A DNA stretch of 64,000 nucleotides. Origin: a virus. Taxonomy: Duplodnaviria; Caudoviricetes. Each line of letters begins with the position of its first letter. The first letter of the stretch is position 1. Shown one piece after another: positions 55,811 through 64,000 of the stretch. A program made the position numbers and the translations under genes. The notes under the pieces are model-generated. The model was not told the DNA's origin, searched no databases, and saw nothing but the letters and a program-made list of their open reading frames with translations. The stretch spans positions 1,061-65,060 of the IMG/VR virus record IMGVR_UViG_3300002835_000169. One strand, written 5' to 3'.

Positions 55811-56476
55811 CTAGTACTTACTACTGTTAATATGGCAAATTTCAATCTCATTTATATTAACGTGACTTGGTAGCGACCCTACCCAGTAAATAGCTTCTGC
55901 TAAATCCTCTGCAGTTAAGGCTTGGTCTCGTTTTTGCTCTTGGGTATCAATAGTTGCTGGACAAATTTCTGTAATTTTAATGCCAAATTGTGGGAACTCA
56001 AGTCTCATTGTGTCAATTAAACCGCGTTCACCCCTCTTGGCATTTGTGTAATTTCCTCCACCGCGATACGGCACCTTACCTCCAAAAGAGGTGATAAATA
56101 CAATTGTTGGGGAATCTGACTTTTCCATACACGGCACAAATAATTGAGAAAGGTACATAGGCCCAGATACGTTTATATCGTAGGCTCGTCTAAAGTTATC
56201 CATAGTCTCATTAATAATGTTAGTTGGGCTAGAACCACCACCAGCATTATTAACTAGAAGGTCTAAAGTAATATCCTTATACTTTTCAAAGAAGCCCTCT
56301 ATTGCTTTAGAGTCTGTTACATCTAGGCTGTATACTTCAACGTTGTCAGATACAAGCTCAGATACTTTAGACAGGTTTCTTGAAACAGCAATAACCTTGT
56401 ACCCATTTTCAGATAGACGCTTGACTGTTGCTAGGCCTACGCCCTTACTTGCTCCAGTAACAATTGCTGTTTTCAA
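55811..56476 (-). CDS. short-chain dehydrogenase/reductase
   Basis: TGASKGVG, NNAG, YTNAK. Confidence 0.92.
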   Translation of the reverse strand: MKTAIVTGASKGVGLATVKRLSENGYKVIAVSRNLSKVSELVSDNVEVYSLDVTDSKAIEGFFEKYKDITLDLLVNNAGGGSSPTNIINETMDNFRRAYDINVSGPMYLSQLFVPCMEKSDSPTIVFITSFGGKVPYRGGGNYTNAKRGERGLIDTMRLEFPQFGIKITEICPATIDTQEQKRDQALTAEDLAEAIYWVGSLPSHVNINEIEICHINSSKY

Positions 56477-57232
56477 TTACATACCCTGGTTCTTATTAAG
56501 CTCCATATTGTTATGAATCCAGTGACCAGGAATCATGTATTTAAAACCAGACTTTACAACGTGTGCGGTATGAAAGTATGGGGGAAAGGCTGGGAATATG
56601 ACAACGCTATTTTCTTTTGGCTTTAGTCCAAAATCAATTGCTTTATTTGCAACAGATACGTCGTAGTCCAAGTCTACGGCTGGAGCTGACCCCTTAGAAA
56701 AACCATCAGCGCTAGTCCATCCTCCATCATAATCTTTTAACTGAAAAGAGATTTCGCCGCCTTCACAGTCGTCGTTTAAGTACATTACTAATGAATATCT
56801 TAAGGTCTTATCGCCATCTAGCTGGTCAAAATGTGCGCCCATGCCCATTCCAGTATTGTACTTTTTTATATTAAACGTTGGAAAAAGTCTTGGCTCATCA
56901 AAGTCCCCTAAAGAAGAAGCATAGTCTTTGCAAACGTTATACATTGCAGTCATAACCGCGTCGTATATATACTTACTTTTTTCCGCTACTTTTCCGCTAT
57001 CTGAATCGTAAATGACGCTAAGCCTATTAATTGCATTAATATCAAATGTTTTTGTTTCTCCATAAATAAAGTTTTTATCATTAGAAGCGGTCCAGGTGTC
57101 CCAAACGTTTACGCCTAAGTCTGTGTATTGCTCAAGAGTGTCTAACTCTTTCCAAACCTTTTTAAAGGTATCAAAGTCCTCAATAGCATCTGTATAGTAG
57201 TACGCTTTTGGGTCCAGTATTTCTCTGTTCAT
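56477..57232 (-). CDS. 2OG-Fe(II) oxygenase (P4H-like)
   Basis: HFD...YLNDDCEGGE...H...KY. Confidence 0.9.
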   Translation of the reverse strand: MNREILDPKAYYYTDAIEDFDTFKKVWKELDTLEQYTDLGVNVWDTWTASNDKNFIYGETKTFDINAINRLSVIYDSDSGKVAEKSKYIYDAVMTAMYNVCKDYASSLGDFDEPRLFPTFNIKKYNTGMGMGAHFDQLDGDKTLRYSLVMYLNDDCEGGEISFQLKDYDGGWTSADGFSKGSAPAVDLDYDVSVANKAIDFGLKPKENSVVIFPAFPPYFHTAHVVKSGFKYMIPGHWIHNNMELNKNQGM

Positions 57233-57243
57233 CTGTTTCTCCC

Positions 57244-57903
57244 TTAGTACTTATTTTTTGCGTAATGGTCTTTTTCTTTAATGAACCCAACAAGAACATA
57301 TCGTATTGGTCCATCTCCTACATGCTTGACTCCGTGCTCATACTCTTCGTTTCCTGGAAAAAATAACATAGTTCCTGGCTTAGGTTTTAACTGGATATCA
57401 AGGTTTGGAAAAAATAACTCACCATCTACGTAGTCGTCATTGATGTATACGATGGTGGCATACTTTATAGATGGGTCTGTTTTTTGGTCAGTGTGCGCTT
57501 TTAACTCTACCCCTGCTTGCATTCGTTGAATTGTTGCAAATCCACTTAAAATTAATTCTGGGTCAGCTTTGACCACCATAGAGTTTACAACATCGTATAA
57601 AGGCCTTTGGATTTCATGATGTAGTATGTTAAAGTTTTTATCTTTCCAATTTTGGGTAATCTCAAACTTACCTTCAGCAACCAGATTATCTACATCATCT
57701 CTACCAAATTTTTCCAAACAAAAATACTTTAAGTTTGCGTGGTACTCTACTTCCCAGTCTTCTTGTGACGTACTGTGGATAATCTCCCAAAAAGTGTTTA
57801 TTTGGTCTTGGGATAAAAAGTTCTCAACAGAGAATAGCTCTGGGGTAATATCTGTAACTACGTATCCGCTGTCTATCAACTGTTGTTTAAAAGACTCAAT
57901 CAT
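57244..57903 (-). CDS. 2OG-Fe(II) oxygenase (P4H-like)
   Basis: HTD...YINDDYVDGE...HGV...RY. Confidence 0.9.
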   Translation of the reverse strand: MIESFKQQLIDSGYVVTDITPELFSVENFLSQDQINTFWEIIHSTSQEDWEVEYHANLKYFCLEKFGRDDVDNLVAEGKFEITQNWKDKNFNILHHEIQRPLYDVVNSMVVKADPELILSGFATIQRMQAGVELKAHTDQKTDPSIKYATIVYINDDYVDGELFFPNLDIQLKPKPGTMLFFPGNEEYEHGVKHVGDGPIRYVLVGFIKEKDHYAKNKY

Positions 57904-58651
57904 TTGCAACATCTTCTAGTTTGTACTTATTTCCTGCTGCGTCTAACTTCCAGCCTTGCTTAAGAAGCTCTTGCCACTCTGCTCGTTCAATCTCTTGTTG
58001 CGCTCTAGTAGCCTTCATCTCTTCAGCCCATGCATCTCGCACCTCTTGTGGGTACGCTGACTCTTCTCGGTCATCCCAGAAAGAACCAATGGTGTATCTG
58101 ACACCACCTGTAATAAGAGATACTTCGTGCATATTGTTAAACCCGCCGTCAAATACAGCAAGCAGCCCAACTTCTGGTTTAATCTCTAAGTTTTGTGCTG
58201 GGAACCGTAAAAGCCCACCTTCAAAATCATCGTTTAAGTATAGAAACCCTGCGTAGCGGCTTCTTGTAAACGCACCTGAGTTTCCCTCAGCATCTGTGTT
58301 GTCAGAGTGAATTCTTGCATATGCTCCTGGCTCCCACTTCTGTGTGTGGTACCCAATTTTACAGATTGTTTTTGGGTCAAGGTCGTGGACTGAAGCAATT
58401 GCTTCAGGCATTGCCTTTTCAATATCTGAAAATATAGTTGGAGATAGACCAGCGTCAATAACCTCTTGGTCGTTGTCTTGTGGCAAAACTGAGGAATAGG
58501 ACTCGTAAAATGAAATTGGCATCCAAGAAATTGCCCCATTCTCTGCCTGAGCATCTAGGGCTTGAATCATCTTTTTGCAATCTTCTTTGCTTATGAAGTT
58601 CTCATAAACAACGATGTCTTTTGTTAGTCGTTTTTTGTTTGCTAGGTTCAT
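57896..58651 (-). CDS. 2OG-Fe(II) oxygenase (P4H-like)
   Basis: HSD...YLNDDFEGG...HEV...RY. Confidence 0.9.
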   Translation of the reverse strand: MNLANKKRLTKDIVVYENFISKEDCKKMIQALDAQAENGAISWMPISFYESYSSVLPQDNDQEVIDAGLSPTIFSDIEKAMPEAIASVHDLDPKTICKIGYHTQKWEPGAYARIHSDNTDAEGNSGAFTRSRYAGFLYLNDDFEGGLLRFPAQNLEIKPEVGLLAVFDGGFNNMHEVSLITGGVRYTIGSFWDDREESAYPQEVRDAWAEEMKATRAQQEIERAEWQELLKQGWKLDAAGNKYKLEDVAND

Positions 58652-58667
58652 TGTACTTTTACTCCGT

Positions 58668-59441
58668 TTAGTTATTTAATAGGGATTTATCTCCAGCAAT
58701 TAACTTTTCTATCTCTTGTTGAACAAGGGCATACTCTTCTTCAAATACTTCTGGGGTTCTGCCTTCTCCCATACCCGCAGGGTTTCCCGCAGCTATTAGG
58801 GCTTCTTTTAGTGTCTTTTCAATATCGTAATTTAGTACTGTGCATTGAAACCAGTTAGCTACATACCCATCTCTATCAATAAGGTACTTCTCAAAGTTAC
58901 CGCCCTGCATTGCGCCGTTGCCAAAAGGTTGATTTAACCAAGGTGACAAATAGCCATCTCTGTCTGGAATGCCAAGTTCTCTTTGTTTTTCAGCAAACGC
59001 AAGCATTTGCTCAGCTATTTCTTTGTATAGCTCATGAGTTTCTTTTCTTGGTTGACCTAGTCCGTTTACAGAGTTATCGCCCTTGTAAGGGCTAAGCTCA
59101 GTAGCACTCTCATTTGGGTTTGACGACACCATCTCTGAGAACTTAAACGTGGTTCCGTAGACTTCTTGACCATACTCTTGTGAATCTAAGCCACAGGTAA
59201 TGCCTTCAGACCACTTGCCCTTAGTTACTCCTGGGCCACAATAGTCATTAGTAGGAATTGCAATAACTTGGAAATCATCTCCACCGTACTTATCTTGAAG
59301 CCATTGGAGAACTTCCATTTGATTAGCGTTGCCGCAGCCGACGGTTGTATTCGTCAACAAGGTTACTTTGCCTTTAAATTGACTTAAGAAGTCAGGAGAG
59401 CCCTCAGCTGAGTTAAGAGGGATGTCGTAAATTGATTTCAT
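58668..59441 (-). CDS. glutathione peroxidase-family protein
   Basis: FKGKV.L..N...CG..NQ, IAIPTND, NFEKYLIDRDG. Confidence 0.88.
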   Translation of the reverse strand: MKSIYDIPLNSAEGSPDFLSQFKGKVTLLTNTTVGCGNANQMEVLQWLQDKYGGDDFQVIAIPTNDYCGPGVTKGKWSEGITCGLDSQEYGQEVYGTTFKFSEMVSSNPNESATELSPYKGDNSVNGLGQPRKETHELYKEIAEQMLAFAEKQRELGIPDRDGYLSPWLNQPFGNGAMQGGNFEKYLIDRDGYVANWFQCTVLNYDIEKTLKEALIAAGNPAGMGEGRTPEVFEEEYALVQQEIEKLIAGDKSLLNN

Positions 59442-59462
59442 AGGGTTGATTGTACCTCGTCG

Positions 59463-60143
59463 TTATGGTTGTCTAGGTCCTGTATGCTTTGTTATTTCCC
59501 AAAAGAAAGGGCATGTAAAACGTAAGCCGCTTTTTACCTCAGTAACCCCATGGATGTAGTTTTTGTCACCTGGGAAGAAGTAAGCAGCGCCTTTTTTAGG
59601 CTTAAACTGCACACCCTGTAGTGGGAAATACAGCTCTCCGCCCTCATAGTCATCATTTAAATAAAACAAACTTGATAGGTCATAGTTTGGAAAGTCGTTA
59701 GGTGTTCCAGCGTCGGGGCCCTCGTGGAGCTCTTTATCAGCGTGTGGTTTTTGAAACTGCCCAGGAAGCCATTTAACAATAGTTGTCCCAGTTGGTATAA
59801 CTTCTACCTGGTAGAACTCTTCAATAATTGGTCGTAGTCTTTGAAATAGCCCAGCAATTACTGGAGATATCTTTGGGTCATTTTTATCTAAAGTTGGCTG
59901 AGTTGCGACTCGGTCTTTCCAATAATCTGAGTCGTAGGTAACGGTCCCATTCTCATTTGTATGGCTTTCCGTAACATCCCAAATTGTTAAAGACTTAGCA
60001 GCTTTTTCTAAGAACTCTATCTCTTCTTGGGTCATGAAGTTTTCTAGCTCAACAATCATGTCTTTGCTATCCCCAAACCAGCCTGATGGAGTTATAGATG
60101 GGGTTCTTTTTACTACGGTATACGAATCTTTGTTTTGTTCCAT
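59463..60143 (-). CDS. 2OG-Fe(II) oxygenase (P4H-like)
   Basis: HAD...YLNDDYEGGE...HGV...RF; start 60143 or 60149. Confidence 0.9.
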   Translation of the reverse strand: MEQNKDSYTVVKRTPSITPSGWFGDSKDMIVELENFMTQEEIEFLEKAAKSLTIWDVTESHTNENGTVTYDSDYWKDRVATQPTLDKNDPKISPVIAGLFQRLRPIIEEFYQVEVIPTGTTIVKWLPGQFQKPHADKELHEGPDAGTPNDFPNYDLSSLFYLNDDYEGGELYFPLQGVQFKPKKGAAYFFPGDKNYIHGVTEVKSGLRFTCPFFWEITKHTGPRQP

Positions 60144-60145
60144 GC

Positions 60146-60862
60146 TCATAGTGTATCCCTTTTCGTTTTATCTATTACCCCTAATTTTAGGGTCTTTACT
60201 TCATGAGAGCCTAGGCTTTCTTCTCTTTCGTTTACAGCGTCTCTGTACCAATCTGTCCATTTTCCAGAAGAGTTTACTTTTTGTGCAGCCTCTCCGTAAG
60301 AAATGTTTGCATTTAATCGTTTGCTACCTGGGTCTTGGTACTCAACAACCTCAATGTTTGTTCCATTTAACTTTGACAAAGATATTGGGATAATTGTGGC
60401 AACTGGGGTTCCAGCCTTAATAACTACCCTTTTATTTGCAATCTTTGCCTTGATAGCTAAAGGCAAAGGGTTGTCGTAAAAAGATGTGCTGATTAGGGAC
60501 GACATAGTTTCAAACTCATCACTAAAATAATTTACTGGGTTAATAGTAAAGATACTGACATCTTCATCTGTCCTAAAAACCAGTCCCGTGTTTAAGCTTA
60601 TAGAGGATTGACCTCTACCAGAGTAAGCCCCTTCTGGACTAAACACTTGGACACGGTCTGGTGTTTGGTCGTTTATTCCATCCCAAATAAACTCAATGTC
60701 CTGTAAGCACGATAAACTCCAGCCAATTACATTTGACTGGGTTACTGGAAAACACCTGTAAGCGTGATTCTCTGACGTTGCATCCATCCAGTCTCTTTTA
60801 ATGGGCATAGGTTGGACATCAAAGAGAGCCCCGTGTGTTTTTTCAACTGAGATGTTGAACAT
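60146..60862 (-). CDS. DUF6065-like protein
   Basis: RDWMD...HAYRCFPV..SN..GW...GTPVATIIP. Confidence 0.7.
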   Translation of the reverse strand: MFNISVEKTHGALFDVQPMPIKRDWMDATSENHAYRCFPVTQSNVIGWSLSCLQDIEFIWDGINDQTPDRVQVFSPEGAYSGRGQSSISLNTGLVFRTDEDVSIFTINPVNYFSDEFETMSSLISTSFYDNPLPLAIKAKIANKRVVIKAGTPVATIIPISLSKLNGTNIEVVEYQDPGSKRLNANISYGEAAQKVNSSGKWTDWYRDAVNEREESLGSHEVKTLKLGVIDKTKRDTL

Positions 60863-61518
60863 TAATCTGATTCTGCGCTATACATCTCTGGAGTATGAAA
60901 CTTTTTGCTGTAGTCAAGCATTGTCACAATAGAGTATTTGACGCCAGAAGTCACTGGCATTGCTTGATGTGGGTACATAAAATTTGATGGAAAAATAAAC
61001 AGGTCCCCAGCATCTGCTTTAACCTTTAAGTTCTGTAACCTAAAGTAAAGCTCGCCACCTTCGTAATCATCGTTTGGATACCCAACTAAAGAAACTGTAC
61101 AGTTGTAAGAAAATCCATGGTCATGGTGCTCCATAAAGTGTTGTCCTGGACCATACTTAATGAAGTTGAATGCTTCCCAATACTTTAAATTGTTAATGTT
61201 GTACATTCTGCAGTAGTCTTCAACCGCAGGTAACTTAACGTCATACAAATCTTGCCACAAAGCTTGAAGATTTAAGCTGACCTGACTCTTGTCATTTTCT
61301 ATATCAGTCTTCTTAAATTTAAAGTCGTTGCAGTCTCTGTACTCTGGCATAAGCTGCCTATACCCAACGTACGCTGGTTGCCAAGCATACCCAGTCATAT
61401 CTCCTTCTGGCTTAAGGTTTGCTTCAATTCTACCTATAACATCAATGTCTTTATTGATGACGCCCTTATAGCAAAAGATGCCACTACCTAAATCAACTTT
61501 TTCTGTCCATGTTTGCAT
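60862..61518 (-). CDS. 2OG-Fe(II) oxygenase (P4H-like)
   Basis: HHD...NDDYEGGE...FPSNFMYPH...KY. Confidence 0.9.
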   Translation of the reverse strand: MQTWTEKVDLGSGIFCYKGVINKDIDVIGRIEANLKPEGDMTGYAWQPAYVGYRQLMPEYRDCNDFKFKKTDIENDKSQVSLNLQALWQDLYDVKLPAVEDYCRMYNINNLKYWEAFNFIKYGPGQHFMEHHDHGFSYNCTVSLVGYPNDDYEGGELYFRLQNLKVKADAGDLFIFPSNFMYPHQAMPVTSGVKYSIVTMLDYSKKFHTPEMYSAESD

Positions 61519-61527
61519 TGCATTCTC

Positions 61528-62295
61528 CTATTTGTAGTCTCGTTTTGACCAAACTTTGGTTTGGTATACGCCGCCATCAGGCTGACGGTAAAATTGCATG
61601 TTCTTTACTAATTTATCATACATTGTAGATTGGTCTGGAATGTCTATTTTGTGTTCCCAGTTTTCTCGTTTAAACGGGAGAACCTGCATATACGGAGTTC
61701 CTTCTGGGATGGTACCTTCCCAACCTTCTGGAAGAAAGAATGGAAAAGTTCCAAGTAAGTGAAGCTTGTCTGAGTCTACAACGCCAGTAGTGTTTAGGAA
61801 CGGTAAGTCAAACCTATTCATTGGTGTCATAAACAGTGCGCTGTATCCCTCTGGAAGTTCTAGTCCCCAAGGAGAGCTCCAAGCAAAATGAGTTTGATAG
61901 TATCCTTTTGGATGCTCAAACTGTGGCATTGGGGGCCTTTGGGTACAGAAGTCTTGGTACTTAGGGTTATTGATTTTTACATCTATGATTCCTTGAGTAT
62001 TTTTATAGAAAGTTAAATCGCACGGTGTTTTAAAGATGTACCCAGTTGTAAAGGCGTCCATAATAGCTGGGCACGCTTTCCATGTAGGAATTTTTCCATA
62101 ATCATCTGTTGTACCCTCTTTAGGAAATGGGCAAATTTCTTTTGGAGCTTTGTAATATTCTCCGTTTGGCATTTTTGCAAATCTGTCTGCATTTTTATAC
62201 CAGGCAGGCATTTGCGTCTGTGTCGGTACTGGAACAGAGATATGCTTTTTATCTATCCACGGCCTAAATGACCTAAATATGGCTACTAAAGCCAT
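61528..62295 (-). CDS. DUF6065-related protein
   Basis: TWKACPAIMDAFTTGY...GVVDSD...GTPYMQVLPFKRE. Confidence 0.6.
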   Translation of the reverse strand: MALVAIFRSFRPWIDKKHISVPVPTQTQMPAWYKNADRFAKMPNGEYYKAPKEICPFPKEGTTDDYGKIPTWKACPAIMDAFTTGYIFKTPCDLTFYKNTQGIIDVKINNPKYQDFCTQRPPMPQFEHPKGYYQTHFAWSSPWGLELPEGYSALFMTPMNRFDLPFLNTTGVVDSDKLHLLGTFPFFLPEGWEGTIPEGTPYMQVLPFKRENWEHKIDIPDQSTMYDKLVKNMQFYRQPDGGVYQTKVWSKRDYK

Positions 62296-63002
62296 TACTT
62301 GTGCCCTAACTCGTTAATGTCTGTCATCACAACAACGCAATATTTTGTACCTGAAACCATCGGCAGAGAAGCGTGCTCATAAATATAGTTTGATGGGAAT
62401 ACTGCAATGTCCCCTACTTTTGGCTTATAAACTAAGTTATCAAGTCTTGGGAACTTAAGGTCTCCACCTTCATAATCATCATTAATATAAATAACCGCAG
62501 ATACTGTGCAGTTGTATGCAGGACCGTGGTCTGCGTGAATGTTGAAGTGAGTCCCTGCCCCCTCATACTTTACAAAGTTAAAAGCTTCGTAATATACGAC
62601 GTTAATACCCCAATACCTAGCATAGTCGTCTATACAGTACTTAAGCTTTTGGTATATCTCCTCATGCAAGTCTATAAGTTCAGCGTTTGACTCATCTCTT
62701 GGCCCAAGGTTCTCCTGCTTATACTTAAAATCTACACAGTCTCTTGCCCGCTTAACTGGGACAGCAGATTGTGTAACTTGCGCCTCTGACCACTTATATT
62801 TGTTGCCTGATGATAGATTGGACTCAAGAGTGTTAATGTATCTTGCGGCATCTTCACGTGAGAAAGTGTTTTGGTAGAGGTGTAGTCCCAAACCTAAATT
62901 TTTAACACTTACTTTATCGTCTAGAGCTCTTTCAGGAACTCTATTTGATGCAGTCTCTGACCTATCTTTTGTAAACCAGATATTTTCATTTTCATTGTGC
63001 AT
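62295..63002 (-). CDS. 2OG-Fe(II) oxygenase (P4H-like)
   Basis: HAD...YINDDYEGG...FPSNYIYEH...KY. Confidence 0.9.
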   Translation of the reverse strand: MHNENENIWFTKDRSETASNRVPERALDDKVSVKNLGLGLHLYQNTFSREDAARYINTLESNLSSGNKYKWSEAQVTQSAVPVKRARDCVDFKYKQENLGPRDESNAELIDLHEEIYQKLKYCIDDYARYWGINVVYYEAFNFVKYEGAGTHFNIHADHGPAYNCTVSAVIYINDDYEGGDLKFPRLDNLVYKPKVGDIAVFPSNYIYEHASLPMVSGTKYCVVVMTDINELGHK

Positions 63003-63020
63003 TTTTTGCCTTCCTATAAT

Positions 63021-63266
63021 CTAATTAAGTGACTGTCTTTTCCATTTTCCAATAGGGCATTCTGCATCTGCAAGCGTTGTTTTTAACGGCATAATGCACC
63101 CGCATAGTTTACAGCTTTTTGTAATTTTAATGAGGTTTTCACAAGACATGCATTCATCAAGTCTTTTTTTAATAATCTCCTGGTCATCAAGCTTTTTACC
63201 AGAATCAATTAAGTGCCAAGGCCTTGAGTCTCCAAGAGCCTCTTTCCATTCACTCCATTTAGACAT
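63021..63266 (-). CDS. DUF6171-like Cys-rich small protein (paralogue of 51928..52188)
   Basis: RPW...RLDECMSC...CKLCGCIM..K...CPIGKW. Confidence 0.75.
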   Translation of the reverse strand: MSKWSEWKEALGDSRPWHLIDSGKKLDDQEIIKKRLDECMSCENLIKITKSCKLCGCIMPLKTTLADAECPIGKWKRQSLN

Positions 63267-63269
63267 AGG

Positions 63270-63704
63270 TTACTCTGGAGACGTAAAGGTTGTGCCGTCC
63301 CAGATAGAACCGCGATTAACGGTTTGGCCCTCTGGTACTCTAAGAAGAATAACTTCTTGTGCAAAAGCAGCGGCATTCATCAAATCTGTGTGACCACCTT
63401 TTGGGGATACTGTTGTTAAGAACATGGTGTTATCTACTAGGAAAGAGTACTTTCCCCAGTCAGGGGTATCGTTGTACCTTTCAGGCCTCTCTCCTCCCAC
63501 AAAAGCTTCACCATCCCAAACTGCCCCAGGGTATACATTTTCAATGTCTGTAGTAACCATTGTTGTTATTGGAAGACCGCTATCTAGCGCATTCTCAATG
63601 CGCTGAATTAGAGGGTCCGCATTAGGACTCTCAAGATGCAGCATATTAAAGACTTCGTACGAGTCTTCAGATATTTTTGTTGCAAATACATATGTGTTCA
63701 TCAA
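63270..63704 (-). CDS. fibre-associated protein with internal duplication
   Basis: Two halves ending PGAVWDGEAF / RGSIWDGTTF. Confidence 0.65.
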   Translation of the reverse strand: MMNTYVFATKISEDSYEVFNMLHLESPNADPLIQRIENALDSGLPITTMVTTDIENVYPGAVWDGEAFVGGERPERYNDTPDWGKYSFLVDNTMFLTTVSPKGGHTDLMNAAAFAQEVILLRVPEGQTVNRGSIWDGTTFTSPE

Positions 63705-63742
63705 GTGCTCCTTTTGTAGTTACTTAATAAATATACCATATC

Positions 63743-64000
63743 TTAGAAAGCGCACGAACAACCGCACCCTGCACCGAAGTCATACAGACAGTAGAAACAG
63801 TCTGACCCACAGCCACCAAATGATGGGAAGGATGGTGGGAAGAATGGTGGGAAGAATGGTGGGAAGAATGGGAAGAATGGTGGGAAGAATGGTGGGAAGA
63901 ATGGTGGGAAGAATGGGAAGAATGGTGGGAAGAATGGTGGGAAGAATGGTGGGAAGAATGGGAAGAATGGGAAGAATGGGAAGAATGGTGGGAAGAATGG
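63743..64000 (-). CDS. C-terminus of Pro/Phe-repeat, Cys-tailed protein (partial)
   Basis: 56 consecutive P/F codons then SFPSFGGCGSDCFYCLYDFGAGCGCSCAF-TAA. Confidence 0.8.
   Translation of the reverse strand, partial: PFFPPFFPFFPFFPFFPPFFPPFFPPFFPFFPPFFPPFFPPFFPFFPPFFPPFFPPSFPSFGGCGSDCFYCLYDFGAGCGCSCAF
63823..64000. repeat. mixed 9/12-bp tandem repeat (GGGAAGAAT / GGTGGGAAGAAT)
   Basis: Runs to the window edge; encodes PFF/PPFF on the - strand. Confidence 0.97.

Noticed and set aside
6764-63606. Numerous short antisense or alternate-frame ORFs in the track
   Set aside because: They overlap well-supported genes, lack SD or motifs, and are shadow ORFs.
63823-64000. Telomere-like or G-quadruplex terminal repeat
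   Set aside because: Unit lengths are multiples of 3 and run in frame into a Cys-rich tail and stop, so a coding explanation suffices; G4 potential on the + strand is not excluded.
1-64000. Genome-wide TAG recoding
   Set aside because: Many conserved genes end properly at TAG and long ORFs are uninterrupted under code 11.

Overview
64-kb segment of a large myovirus-like dsDNA phage, most likely infecting Actinobacteria. Evidence for the host is WhiB, TANNNT-N6/7-ATG leaderless starts and the gene content. 1-6.3 kb (+ strand): small early/accessory genes, an HNH nuclease, a tyrosine recombinase with an unusual insertion, a lysozyme-like protein and a DUF4258-like protein. 6.4-64 kb (- strand, read right to left): the C-terminus of a (Pro/Phe)-repeat, Cys-tailed protein; a modification cluster (six 2OG-Fe(II) oxygenases, two DUF6065-like proteins, glutathione peroxidase, SDR, GT32-type glycosyltransferase); a Cys-rich FN3 fibre; neck, sheath, tube, tape measure and baseplate genes; a full replication/recombination module; a block of basic disordered proteins; a nucleotidyltransferase/HAD/TGT-fold trio; and a class II RNR. 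The strongest candidate novel system is the oxygenase/glycosyltransferase/peroxidase cluster between two Cys-rich putative fibre genes, one carrying a PFFP repeat. It may be a phage-encoded virion-protein maturation pathway. No tRNA, rRNA, CRISPR or reverse transcriptase was seen. All assignments come from motif recognition by eye; no database search was run.
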